Positions 9,406 through 20,892 of a stretch of 64,000 nucleotides of DNA are shown piece by piece (the stretch's first letter is position 1; every line of letters begins with the position of its first letter). Both the position numbers and the translations under genes were made by a program. The DNA comes from an uncultured Planctomycetota bacterium (GTDB lineage Bacteria > Planctomycetota > Planctomycetia > Isosphaerales > Isosphaeraceae). The notes under the pieces are model-generated. The model saw nothing but the letters and a program-made list of their open reading frames with translations. It did no database searches and had not been told where the DNA came from. The stretch is from NCBI GenBank assembly GCA_963845755.1, contig CAWJTV010000041.1, positions 96,001 to 160,000 on the forward strand, in the 5' to 3' direction.

Positions 9406-10321
9406 GGCCGGCCCTTGAGTTCCACAGATTTTATGGTGATCGTCGACATGGGGTGGTTCTGCGGCAGGAGGCTCGTCAAGGGGGTCCGTGATTGGATCAG
9501 CAGGATGAGCTTGCGGTCTTCCATCAGGTCGCGGAGGGCCACGAATAGGTCGACTTCGTAATCGTCCAGTCGGTGGCTCACGTGGTCGAACGAGGTGAGG
9601 GCGAGACGCGGAGCCCGCGGCAAGGCTTTGAGAGCATGACCTAGCTCGACCAGATCCTTCGGCTTGTCTGGAACCCGGCCATGTCGCCGGCAACCACATT
9701 GCTTCAAGATCTCCTGGACCAGTGAGGGGCGAGACATCGCCTCGGTCGAGTCGAGCTTCACGACGCCCAGGCCGAGCGCGGGGTTGTGGCGGAGGTGATC
9801 GAGGAGCGGGCGCCAGCGGGCCTGGCCCATCACGACCAGGTTGACCGACTCGCCCCGATCGAGCTGAACCTGGACCTGGTCGTGGGCGCGGAGCCATTCG
9901 GCGCGGCGGAACCGAGGTCGAGCTTGCAGGTCTTCAGCAACAAGTCCCAGGGATCGGGCTTGCCATCGTCGCGCAGGTCCACGTAGAGCGGGTCGGGGCG
10001 CTTGATGGCCGGTGGCAATTTGCAATCGATTCGCAGGACGGGGATCGTGACTCCCCTTTCGAACTTGGGATCGCGGGCGATCGCCCGTTTCATCTCGTGC
10101 TGGCAGGGCTTGCTCGCCAGATACTCGGGTGATAGCACAAGGACGTTCAGCTCGGCACGGTCCTGGACATCGTCCATCTGCCGATAAACGGCTCGCGCCG
10201 CCTCGAACTGCTCACGGTCAATCAGCATCTCGGCGCCGGCAGCCCTCAATACGGGCACCAGGCGCTCCCACACCCATTCGCTCTGATGACGGCTATAACT
10301 GACGAAAACGGATGGGGTCAC
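9402..10321 (-). CDS. TIR domain fused to a degenerate (inactive) STAND NTPase domain; one frameshift near 9900, about 306 aa when joined
   Basis: VFVSYSR..LIDREQF..VLVLSPEYLASKPCQHEM (TIR with Glu) in one ORF; GESVNLVV..RLALTSFDHV..FVALRDL..LILLIQSRTPL in the next. GGAG RBS before GTG 10321. Confidence 0.8.
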
Positions 10322-10421
10322 GAGTGATCGCTCCGAGGTCGCCAGGTCGCGAGGAGGCATCAGTCCATGAATGCCGAGAGACTCCTGAGATCATAACCCT
10401 CCTCGCCGATCGAGAGAAGGG

Positions 10422-11015
10422 TCACTCCCTCCGGATCACGCGCCGGGCAATGACAGCCTCGAGCCAGGCCGTGCGTTCTTCCTCGGTCGCCGCGAACGGG
10501 GACCATTCCTCGCGGATGAGCGGCACGTCGATCGTGTCGCGATTGGCGGTGAGCAGGGTTTCGATATCGACCTGGTCCTGGGGTCGGAAGGCGACCATCT
10601 TGGTCAGGATCAGCCCCTCGGCCGTGGCCACCCGGACGGTGTGGCTCTCCGTCCATTCCAGGGGGGCGGCGGCGTCGAGCGTTCGGGAGTAGAGGGGGAG
10701 GACCGGCTTGAGCCAGTCGATGCGAACATGGCCGAACGAGAACGACGTCATATACTCCCGGACGTATTGCTTGATGACGAGAGCCGGGTCGAGGGCGAAA
10801 CCTCGTTGGACGAGGTCATCCAGCAGCCCGGGCAAGACGATCTGCGGGACGTCGAGGAGGAAGTCGGCATCCTGAGTGAACCGGGGACGGCCGCGCAGCA
10901 CGAATGCCAGTCCGCCGATGAGCGCGTAGCGGATCGAGCGGGCGTCGAACGCCTCGGCCAAGGATCCGACGGCCCGCACGGCATCGTCGGGCAAGAGATG
11001 GGAGTCAGCGCGCAT
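10422..11015 (-). CDS. Nucleotidyltransferase, AbiEii/AbiGii-like toxin family
   Basis: YALIGGLA..RFTQDADF and EGLILTKMVAFRPQDQVDI motifs. Confidence 0.8.
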   Translation of the reverse strand: MRADSHLLPDDAVRAVGSLAEAFDARSIRYALIGGLAFVLRGRPRFTQDADFLLDVPQIVLPGLLDDLVQRGFALDPALVIKQYVREYMTSFSFGHVRIDWLKPVLPLYSRTLDAAAPLEWTESHTVRVATAEGLILTKMVAFRPQDQVDIETLLTANRDTIDVPLIREEWSPFAATEEERTAWLEAVIARRVIRRE

Positions 11016-11238
11016 GACGTGCGATGAACTCCTGGATGTTCCGTTGCGCCAGAAGCTTCTGCTCTTCCGAATACTGCTTCGCCCAAGCCGCCTTCGGCGA
11101 GATGCTCATCAAGCGCATACCGGTGGCCATCATGCCTCGAATCGTTTGGATGCGCTCCTCCGGCGTGAGTGCCCGGAAGCTGGCGACATCTTCGAGGATC
11201 ACGTCGGTCTCACTGGGGAACTTGATGGGGAGGTCCAT
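11005..11238 (-). CDS. Small helical protein, probable partner/antitoxin of the downstream nucleotidyltransferase
   Basis: 77 aa, FRALTPEERI motif, GGAG RBS, overlaps the NTase start. Confidence 0.65.
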   Translation of the reverse strand: MDLPIKFPSETDVILEDVASFRALTPEERIQTIRGMMATGMRLMSISPKAAWAKQYSEEQKLLAQRNIQEFIARHAR

Positions 11239-11271
11239 GGTCGTCTCCGGAATCGTGGCAATCTCGGTCCT

Positions 11272-11280
11272 ATTATAACA
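11272..11280 (-). promoter_or_regulatory. Extended -10 promoter (TGnTATAAT)
   Basis: Minus strand reads TGTTATAAT about 35 nt upstream of ATG 11238. Confidence 0.6.
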
Positions 11281-11346
11281 GGATCGAGGATCGGGACGAT
11301 GGCGCGCGATCGATTCCGCATCCCGCCAAGTCGGGGACGAACCTTT

Positions 11347-11823
11347 TCACGAACGTGTCCCGCCGGTCCTGTGTTTCCGCCTCAATGCCTCGGGCGGGCG
11401 AACGGGTCGCCCCGCGGGGTCCGTCCAGGCGAAGAGCCGCAGGCTGTGTCCCTCGGGGTCCTGGAGCCGGACCTCGCGGTACCCTTCCTCGGGGTTCTCC
11501 ACCGGCGCCCCGACCGCGACCCCGTGGTCGATCAGCCGCTCGCGCTCGCGGTCCAGGTCGGGCACCTGGAAGACGAGCCGGACTTTACCCGGCCCCGCAA
11601 GTCCTCGTGCTTCCTTCACCCCCTGCAAGCCCACCCGGCCGTGACCCGCCGAGAAGAGGGCGAACTCGTGCGGGGAATCCAGCAGGATGGGAGTGAGTCC
11701 CAGCGTGTTGATGTACCACTGGACGGTCGTCTGCCAGTGGACGACCCGGATCACCGTCATGAACAGTTCGAGGTGCGGCGGTCCGGTCGCCTCAAGGGGG
11801 CCGGGCTCGGAAATGTCGGACAT
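11347..11823 (-). CDS. VOC/glyoxalase/bleomycin-resistance family protein
   Basis: WYINTLGL..LVFQVPDLDRERERL..GYREVRLQDPEGHSLRL. Confidence 0.85.
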   Translation of the reverse strand: MSDISEPGPLEATGPPHLELFMTVIRVVHWQTTVQWYINTLGLTPILLDSPHEFALFSAGHGRVGLQGVKEARGLAGPGKVRLVFQVPDLDRERERLIDHGVAVGAPVENPEEGYREVRLQDPEGHSLRLFAWTDPAGRPVRPPEALRRKHRTGGTRS

Positions 11824-12081
11824 GGATGGGATCGCCCCATGGCTGTCGAGGGGGAAATCGCAGGGAACACCATCTTCATTTTGCCAGACCGACGCCGCCG
11901 ATGCGAGGGGATGTCAACTCGAAACGGCTGATCACCTGTTGAACGGCGGCGGGTGGCCCTTGGGGGTTCCGGTCGCCCGGCTGAGATCGCGCGGAGAGCC
12001 CCGCTTTGCGCGTCGATTGGCTGCGGGTCGGATGGCGCAAGAGAGCGCTCGGAATCAGTTGGGGAATTTTAATAATTTCGC

Positions 12082-12111
12082 TTGCATATCGGGTAGTCGA
12101 TCGACTACAAG
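12082..12111 (+). promoter_or_regulatory. Candidate promoter with a perfect 16 bp palindromic operator upstream of the MoxR operon
   Basis: AT-rich UP-like tract, TTGCAT-N18-TACAAG; GTAGTCGATCGACTAC at 12093-12108. Confidence 0.45.
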
Positions 12112-12261
12112 TGTCTTATTCAGGAAGAGAGCCCGGTTCCTGGAGGGCGAATGCGGGCCCCGTCGATCCGAGTTCTGGTGCTTCTCTGCACGCTGCGCTT
12201 CGGGTGATCGCGCGGAATCACAAGTCGTAGGGAAGACTGTCGTCTACTCCATCGAGGTGAC

Positions 12262-14371
12262 TTGACCGTGATGCGTCTGGCCATCGTCATCCTCCTGTTC
12301 GCAACGGCGCCGGCCCTGGCGCAGGTGAAGGACGGCAAGGATGACAAAGTTACGAACGACGATCCGGCCCGACCTCTGCAGATGCCCCCGGCATCGACGG
12401 AGGTCAAGGAGGCGATCGACGATTTCGATCGCTTCCAGCGGCGCGGTGCCTGGGAACGTGCCTTGAAGGCCCTTTACACGATCCCCGAGGCGCAGACCCT
12501 CCGATTCGTCGACGGCGAGAAGGGTTTCATCATCCCGATCGAGCGGAAACGGCGGACGATCCTCGGCGCGCTGCCGCCGGACGGCCAGGCCGCGTGCCGG
12601 CTGTTCTACGACGCCGAGGCGAAGAAGCTGCTCGATGCGGCCGACGGGCCGTCGGAGCAGAAGAACCTCGAGCGCATCTTCTCCGCCTATTTCGTCACGT
12701 CGGTCGGCGACAATGCGGCCGACCGGCTGGGCGATCTCTACTTCGAGCTGGGCCGCTTCGACCGGGCGGCCGATTGCTGGCTGGCGATCCTGCGCGAACG
12801 CCCCGACACGGACCTCGTCGCCGGCCCTGATCGCGGTGAAGGCCGGCGTGGCGCTGATCCGCGCGGGGCGTCGATCGGAGTTCGACCAGGTCCGCGCCGA
12901 CCTGGCGGGCCGCTACGCCGACGAGACGGTGACCATCGGCGGGCAAAAGGCGACGGCGGGCGAGCTGCTCGAAGCGCCTCATCGCCGACGACCCGAGCTC
13001 GGGAGCGGAGAAGCCGTCAACCCCGGCCGCCGACTCGGGCCCTGACCTCGCCGGGTCGGTCGACGTGGCCTGGCAGTTGCGATTTGCCGAGTCGATCGAG
13101 GCCGGCATGACGCCGCCGGAACTGACCCAGTGGGAGGCCAATTCCATCAGCGTCGCCGTACCGGCCGTGACGATCGACGGCTCGACGCTCTATCGCCAAC
13201 TACCTCGGGCATATCTTCGCCTTGGACCTGAAGAGCGGGAAACTGCTCTGGCGCTCCGCATCCTTCCATAACCTCGACGTCCTGGCGATGCAGCAGCAGG
13301 TCCGATTCATGGACGCGAGCCGATTCGCGATCGTCGCGTCGGGCGAACACGTCTGGTGCCTGGCCCGGGACGTGAAGGACCAGAACTTCTTCGCCCCGTT
13401 CCAGTTGAACTGCCGTCGGGCCGACAACGGCGAGGTCGTCTGGAAATCGGGCGACCTGGCCGACTACGCCCAGGTTCGACCTCGTCGGTCCTCCGCTCCT
13501 GGCCGACGGCAAGCTGTTCATCACGGCCAAGACCGGCGCGAACCCCCAGATGCCGCAGCAGGGCCAGCCGCAGCAGCTCGTCCTGGCGATCCAGCCGCAC
13601 GACGGAAAGATCCTCTGGAAGACCGAGGTCGGCCTGTTCCGGCAAGGGGGGCAGCAATACTTCTGCTATGGTTACGGCAACGAGTCGTCGCCCCAGCCGC
13701 AACTGATCTACCGGGCGGGCGCGGTCTACGTGGATACGCATATCGGCGTGCTGGGACGGCTCGACGCCGACACCGGCGTGCTGGATTGGGGATATGGCTA
13801 CAAGACCGACCCGTTCCAGTCGGGGTATCGCCGATTCTACTATTACATGTCGAAGGAGCCGACGGCCGCGAGTAGTCCACCCCTGTCAATCCGGCGAAGT
13901 GTTCCTGATCAAGGGGGTCCAGTCGGAGCGTCTCTACGCCATCGAGCCCAACCGGATGAAGGTCCTCTGGGAGCGGCCGATCACGAAGTCGTCGCGGCTG
14001 CTCGGCGTCGGCGAGCATACCTTGTTCCTCGGCGGGGCGGAGATCAGCGCCATGGACCTCGAGACGCGGGAACTCTCCTGGGCGATCCGGTCCCGAACGG
14101 CAGCATGGAGGCGCGCGTCCTGGTCCGTCCGGACGGCCTCTGGCAACTGACGTCCCGCGGCATCTTCGAGATCGACCCGAAATCGGGCCAGGTCCGCCGG
14201 ATCTTCCGCGGCAAGGACCTCGGCGTCGTGGGCGGCGACCTGCTGCTGACCGACCAGTGGCTCCTGGCCGTTTCCAATCGCACGATCTCCGCCTACCCGC
14301 GCCGGTCGTCCGGGGCCCCCGTCGCCGCCCGCCACGATCCCGCGACCCCAAAGGAGAAGGCTTCGAAATGA
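12262..14371 (+). CDS. Exported TPR + PQQ-like beta-propeller protein; about 6 frameshifts
   Basis: Signal peptide; AADRLGDLYFELGRFDRAADCW (TPR); repeated DLKSGKLLW, DNGEVVW, HDGKILW, DADTGVLDW propeller motifs across ORFs. Confidence 0.75.
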
Positions 14372-15276
14372 ATGCCCACCACGATGATGCCGAGAGTCGT
14401 CGAGCCGGCCCGGCCCGCAATCGCGGCCATCGCCCTCGCGCTGGCCCTGCTCGGGGCCGCCGGCCCGGCCCAAGCCCAGTTCTTCGATCCGACGGGGGGC
14501 ATGATGGCCCCGACGCCGAACATCGAGGGGTTCACCGTCTCCGGGAAGGGGCATGCGGAAGCCAAGCCGAACCTCGTGGAGATCGACATGGATGTCAGCG
14601 CCTCGTCGGAGCTGACCGCCGATGCGATCGTCAAGTACCGCGATGCCAAGAAGCGGATCCGCGACGCGTTCTCCGCATTGAAGCTCGCGAACGTCGCCGT
14701 GGAGGAGCGCGGGCTGATGGTCGACCAGAAAGGCCAGATGCAGAGTCCCTACTTCTTCGACTACCAGCCGAATACGCGCAACAAGACCGAGGTGCAGCTC
14801 TCGCGGAAGCTGGTCGCCAAGGCCACCGATATCCGCAAGATGGACGAGGAGAGCGTGCTGCAACTGGTCGGCAGGCTGCTCGACGTCGCCCAGGACGCCG
14901 GCGCCCACGTCGGTCCTCAAATCAACATGTATGATTACTATTACTATGGATACAATCGGAATCGCGGGGCGGGCCTGGTCCGATTCGTCCTCGAGGATTT
15001 CGACAAGCTCCAGGAGGAGGCGTACGAGAAGGCGATCGCCGATGCGCGGGCTCGCGCGGAGCGGCTGGCCCGGTTGAGCCACGTCGAGCTGGGGCCGATC
15101 GTGGCGATCCGGGAGGTCTGCGGTGCCCGGCGAACGGCAGGCGACGGGCGACGACGAGATGCCACGCAAGCGGCTGGAGATGTCGAAGTTTCAGGAGATC
15201 CCGATCCGGGTGGAGTTGCTGGTGCGTTTCGAGGTTCATTCCAAGACCCGCGAACAAGGGAAGGACTGGACCATGA
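14372..15276 (+). CDS. SIMPL (DUF541) domain exported protein; frameshift near 15120
   Basis: FTVSGKGHAEAKPN..EEAYEKAIADARARAERLARLSHVELGPIVAIRE; shifted frame ends IRVELLVRFEV..GP-TGA at 15276. Confidence 0.8.
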
Positions 15277-15292
15277 CGAGAATCCCACACTC

Positions 15293-16397
15293 ATGATCGC
15301 GATCGGCTGGAGGCCGCGCACGACGCGTCGCGCGTTCCTGGACCATTGTCGCACGGGAGCCGTCGCATCCCTCGCCGGCGCCGGCTGCCTGGCGGGCCTC
15401 CGGAGTGCCCGGGCGGCGGACAGGGAGGTGCTGCCGAAGCACGTGACGCCGGAGACGCTCCGGGCCGTCGTGAAAGGGTTGGATTTCCTCAAGGCCCAGC
15501 AGGCCGAGGAAGGCTCGTGGATCAGCGACCCCGGCGGCCAGGCTTATCCGGTGGCCATGACCGGCCTGGCGGGCACGGCGATGCTGGCCCACGGCAACTC
15601 GCCAACTCGCGGGAATTATGCGAAGAGCATGCAGGGGGCCGTCGAGTACCTGGTGCGCTGCGGCACGCACGACGGGGCTGATCACCGGCCCGAACCAGGA
15701 CAGCGGCCAGCCGATGCACGGGCACGGCTTCGCGCTGATGTTCCTCGCGTGCGTCTACGGGATGATCACCAAGGAGTCGCTCCGCAGGCAGGTGCAGATC
15801 GTCGTCCGCAAGGCCGTGACGTTGACCAGCCAGGGCCAGAGCGGTGCGGGCGGCTGGACCTACATCCCCGGCGCCGGCGACGAAGGCTCGGTGACCGTCA
15901 CCCAGGTCCAGGCCCTGCGCGCGGCCCACAACGCGGGGTTCCTCGTCCCGCGCGGCGTGATCGAGGAGGCGGTCAAGTACCTGGAGAAATGCCGGACGGC
16001 CGAGGGCGGGATCCGGTATTCGCTCGTCTCCGGCGGCGGGCCCCGGCTGCCGATCTCGGCGGCCGCCGTGGCGACCCTCTACAACGCGGGCCAGTTCGAC
16101 AGCACCATCGCGACCGACTGCTTGAAGTACGTCTGGGAGCAGTTCCAGGCCCAGGAGGGATTTTCCAAGGGGGGTGGGCACGACTTCTATACGCATCTCT
16201 ACGCCTCCCAGGGGTTCTACATGGCCGGCGACCAGTACTGGGACAAGTATTTCCCGAAGACGCGCGACCAGTTGATCGCCATGCAAGGACCCGACGGGTC
16301 CTGGAACGGCGACTGCATCGGCCAGGTCTACGGCACCGCCATCGCCGCCATCATCTTGCAGCTACCGTACAAGTATCTTCCGATTTTCCAGCGTTGA
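15293..16397 (+). CDS. Prenyltransferase/squalene oxidase repeat protein with Tat-like signal; frameshift near 15670
   Basis: TRRAFL signal; KGLDFLKAQQAEEGSW, MHGHGFALMFLA, QSGAGGWTY, QVQALRAA, MQGPDGSW, LPIFQR C-terminus. Confidence 0.85.
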
Positions 16398-16464
16398 GTC
16401 CTGGAGGCCAGAGTCGATCCGGGAAGCCGTGTTGACCCCCCACCGGGGCTTGTCGGATAGCCGA

Positions 16465-16518
16465 TCAGGCTTTCCAGTCTGATTCCGAAAACATGTCAGG
16501 CTGGAAAGCCTGACCTAC
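16465..16518. repeat. GTAG-type REP doublet, family A (degenerate left arm)
   Basis: TCAGGCTTTCCAGTCTGA...GTCAGGCTGGAAAGCCTGACCTAC. Confidence 0.75.
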
Positions 16519-16533
16519 TTGAGGGACGCGATC

Positions 16534-17582
<1,049 letters not shown>

Positions 17583-18489
17583 CGCGATCGCGCAGATCTC
17601 GGACCTGACCCTGCGCTCGCGGCGGCTCGTCGAGGGGGCGATCAGCGGCCAGCATCGCAGCCCGTTCCACGGCTTCAACATCGAGTTCGCCGAGTACCGC
17701 GACTACACGCCGGGCGACGACCTCCGCCGCCTGGACTGGCGCGTCTTCGCCCGCTCGGATCGCCATTACATCAAGCAATACGAAGAAGAGAGCAACGTCC
17801 GGGTCACGTTCGTCGTCGACGCCAGCGCCGTCGATGAATTATCGCGGCTCGGCGCCGCTGTCGAAGTTCGACTACGCGGGCACCCTGGTCGTTTCCCTGG
17901 CGATGCTCCTGACCCGCCAGCAGGACCCGGTGGGCCTGGTCCTGTTCGACGAGGCGGCCAGGACCGTCCTGCCCCCCGCCGCGACCCAGACGCAGGTCAT
18001 CGTGATGGCCGGCCTGCTCGAACGTTGCACGCCCGACCCGGAAGACCGAGCTGGGCGGCCTGCTCCACTCGCTCACCGGCCAGTTGCGGCGCCGGAGCCT
18101 GCTGGTCATCGTCTCGGACCTCTTGACCGACCTGGACGCCGTCTACGACAGCCTGAACCGCCTCCGATTCCACGGCCATGAAGTCCTCATGATGCAGGTG
18201 CTCGACCGCGACGAGCTGGAATTGCCCTTCGACGGGCCGACGATCTTCCGCGACATCGAAGGCGAGGAAGAACTGTTCGCCGAGCCCTGGGCGTTCCGCC
18301 GGTCGTATCAGCAGGCCATGCAGGATTTCCTGGAGGGCGTCCGGCGCGAATGCGGCAACCGCGGCTACGATCACGTGCGGTTCCTGACCGATGAGCCGCT
18401 CGGCGACTCGCTCAGCCTGTTCCTGCACTCCCGAGAGGAAATGGGGCGGAGTTCGCGGTAGGGGCGGACTTCCTTGGGCGATGGGAGCT

Positions 18490-18667
18490 GAGATTCGAGA
18501 TTCGAGATTCAGGATTCGAGATTCGGGATTCGAGATTCAGGATTCGAGATTCAAGATCCTTAACATGAAATAAAATATCTTATCTATAGTAAATTCTGAA
18601 ACCCGCATGTTGAATTTTGAATCCGGAATTCGGAATCTCGAATCCGGAATCCGGAATCTTGAATCCG
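18490..18667. repeat. Convergent heptamer arrays (RRGATTC x10 / GAATYYN x8) around an AT-rich core
   Basis: Arrays at 18490-18559 and 18612-18667 in inverted orientation. Confidence 0.9.
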
Positions 18668-18704
18668 GTAACACCGTTCGAGCACCAGGGCAACAATGCA
18701 AGGC

Positions 18705-20863
18705 ATGATGACATTTCTGAGCCCATGCTAGCCTGGGGGATGCTGCTGGGCGTCATCCCCATCATCATCCACCTGCTGAACCGCCGTCGGTTCCGCCGGG
18801 TGGAATGGGCTCCGATGCGCTACCTCAAACTGACGATCCAGAAGAATCGACGTCGGATCGAGTTCGAACAGCTCCTGCTCTTGTTGCTGAGGATCTGCTT
18901 GATGCTGTTATTGTTCTTCTTCCTGGCGCGGCCGGTGCTCAACCCGACGGGGCTGGAGCACTGGCTGGGCAGTGGCGGTCGTACCAGCCAGGTCGTGCTG
19001 ATCGACGACTCGCTCAGCATGGGCTATTCGAGCGCGGATGCGGAGGCATTCCAGCGCGCCCGGGAGATGTCGGCGTCGCTGCTGGCCTCGGTCCGGCCGA
19101 CGGATCGCTGCACGCTGGTGACAACCTCGGCGCCGCGCAGCCCGGTGCTCCACGAGGTCGAAGGGACGCGGCGCGACGAACTGCGGGCCGCAGCCCTGGC
19201 GTTGCCGTTGACGGCGACCCACGCCGCCTGGCCGTCGGTTCTGGAGGGCATCGACGAGCTGCTGCGATCCTGCACGTATCCGACGCGGCAGGTCACCATC
19301 TTCACCGACTTGCGGAAGGCCGGCTGGGAGGGGGGGATCTCCGCGATCGCCCAGAGCTGGCGCGAGGCGGGCGTCCGGGTCCGCATCGTGGACGTGGGGT
19401 CCGAGGACACGGCCAACATCGCGCTGCAATCGCTACTCCCGGTGGATCGCACGGTCCTGGCCGGTGCGGCGAGCCACTGGGAGGCGGTGATCCGGAACGA
19501 CTCGACGCGTCAGGTCGCGGGGGCCAAGGCGATCCTCCGCGTCGACGACAAGCCGACGGAGGTGGACCTGCCGGACATCGCCCCTCGGGAGGTCGCCCGC
19601 GTCCCGCTGACCGTCCCGTTCCCGGGGCCGGGCTCGCACGATGTCTCGTTCCGGATCCAGGACGACGAGCTGCCGGGCGACAACCAGCGCTGGGCCGCGG
19701 TTCCGGTGAAGGACTCGCTGCTGATCCGCCTGGTGGACGGCGAGCCGTCGTCGGAGCCGTTCGGCTCGGAGGTCGATTACCTCGCGGCTCCGCTGTCGAT
19801 CGGCATCGGCGCGGCGGAGGCCTGGCGGGTCGAGGTCGCCCAGGATAACGATTTCCTGTCGCCGCGGCGGGACCTCCCGGACGTGCTGGTCCTGGCCAAC
19901 GTCGCGGCCCCGACGCCCGAACAAGCCGATCGACTGAACGCCCTCGTCCGCGAGGGCATGGGCCTGATGATCTTCACCGGGGCCAAGCTGGATATCGGGC
20001 TCTACAACGATCTCCTCTTCCGCGCGGATCGCCGGCTGCTGCCTTGCTCGATGAAGTCGCTGGTCGACGAGAACATCCGCGGGCTGATCATCGAGCCGGC
20101 GCGTCCGTCGCCGCTGGAGAAGCTGCTGGAGCTGAAGTCCTCCGCGCTGGAACGGGTGGCCGTCCGCCAATACATGAGCGTCAACGAACCGGCCGACGGC
20201 GATCAGGTCCGCGTGCTGGCGCGATGGAACAACCCGGCCCGGTCCCCGGCGGTGATCGAGCGCACCCTGGGCGACGGGCGCGTCCTGTTGTGGACGACCA
20301 CGGCCGACCGTGCGGGGAACGACTGGCCGATCGAGCCGAGCTTCGTCCTGGCGGTGCGCGAGGCCGTGCGCGGGTCGGCGCGTCCCACCCGGCTGGTCAA
20401 CACGATCACGGCCGGCGAGCGAATGCGTCGCGTGGTCCGGTCGAATCAGCAGGTCTCCAACATCCGCGTGAATCCGCCGGGCGGCGGCGACCCGCGATCG
20501 CTCTCGGCCACCCCGCTGCCCGAGCCGCAGGGCGAGGGTGCCCCGGCGGTCGAGATCGTGGTCCCCGATACGCGACGGGCCGGACTGTACCGCATCCTCT
20601 GGGACGAAGGGCCGCTCGGCACCCAGCAGGATGCCTACGCGGCCAATCCCGATCCGCGCGAGAGTGCCCTGGAACGGATCGCGGCGGCGGACCTGAGAAC
20701 GTTGTTCGAGCCGGTGAGCGTCGAGGTGATCTCCGCGCGTTCGGATGAGGCCAACCTCTTCTCCTCGACCGGTCGCGAGATCTGGCGCGACCTGGCCGGT
20801 GGACTGCTGGTCCTCCTGATTATCGAGTCGATCTTCGCGACCTGGGCCGGCCGGTCGCGGTGA
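18705..20863 (+). CDS. BatA N-terminal domain + VWA membrane protein; frameshift near 18723
   Basis: MMTFLSP/MLAWG..IPIIIHLLNRRRFRRVEWAPMRYL; VVLIDDSLSM MIDAS; IFTDLR; C-terminal REIW..TM helix. Confidence 0.88.
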
Positions 20864-20892
20864 GGTGATTCTGGAGCGATCCACGGCTGACT

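Noticed and set aside
9406..9897. N-terminal 164 aa of the 991 aa ORF
   Set aside because: Overlaps the TIR-STAND gene in another frame; the ATGA-coupled start at 9405 is more plausible.
9890..9910. Programmed ribosomal frameshift in the TIR gene
   Set aside because: No slippery heptamer, and indels are common throughout the window.
14372..16435. Apparent SIMPL-prenyltransferase fusion (687 aa ORF)
   Set aside because: Created by frameshifts; SIMPL ends at 15276 in another frame and the second gene has its own Tat-like signal.
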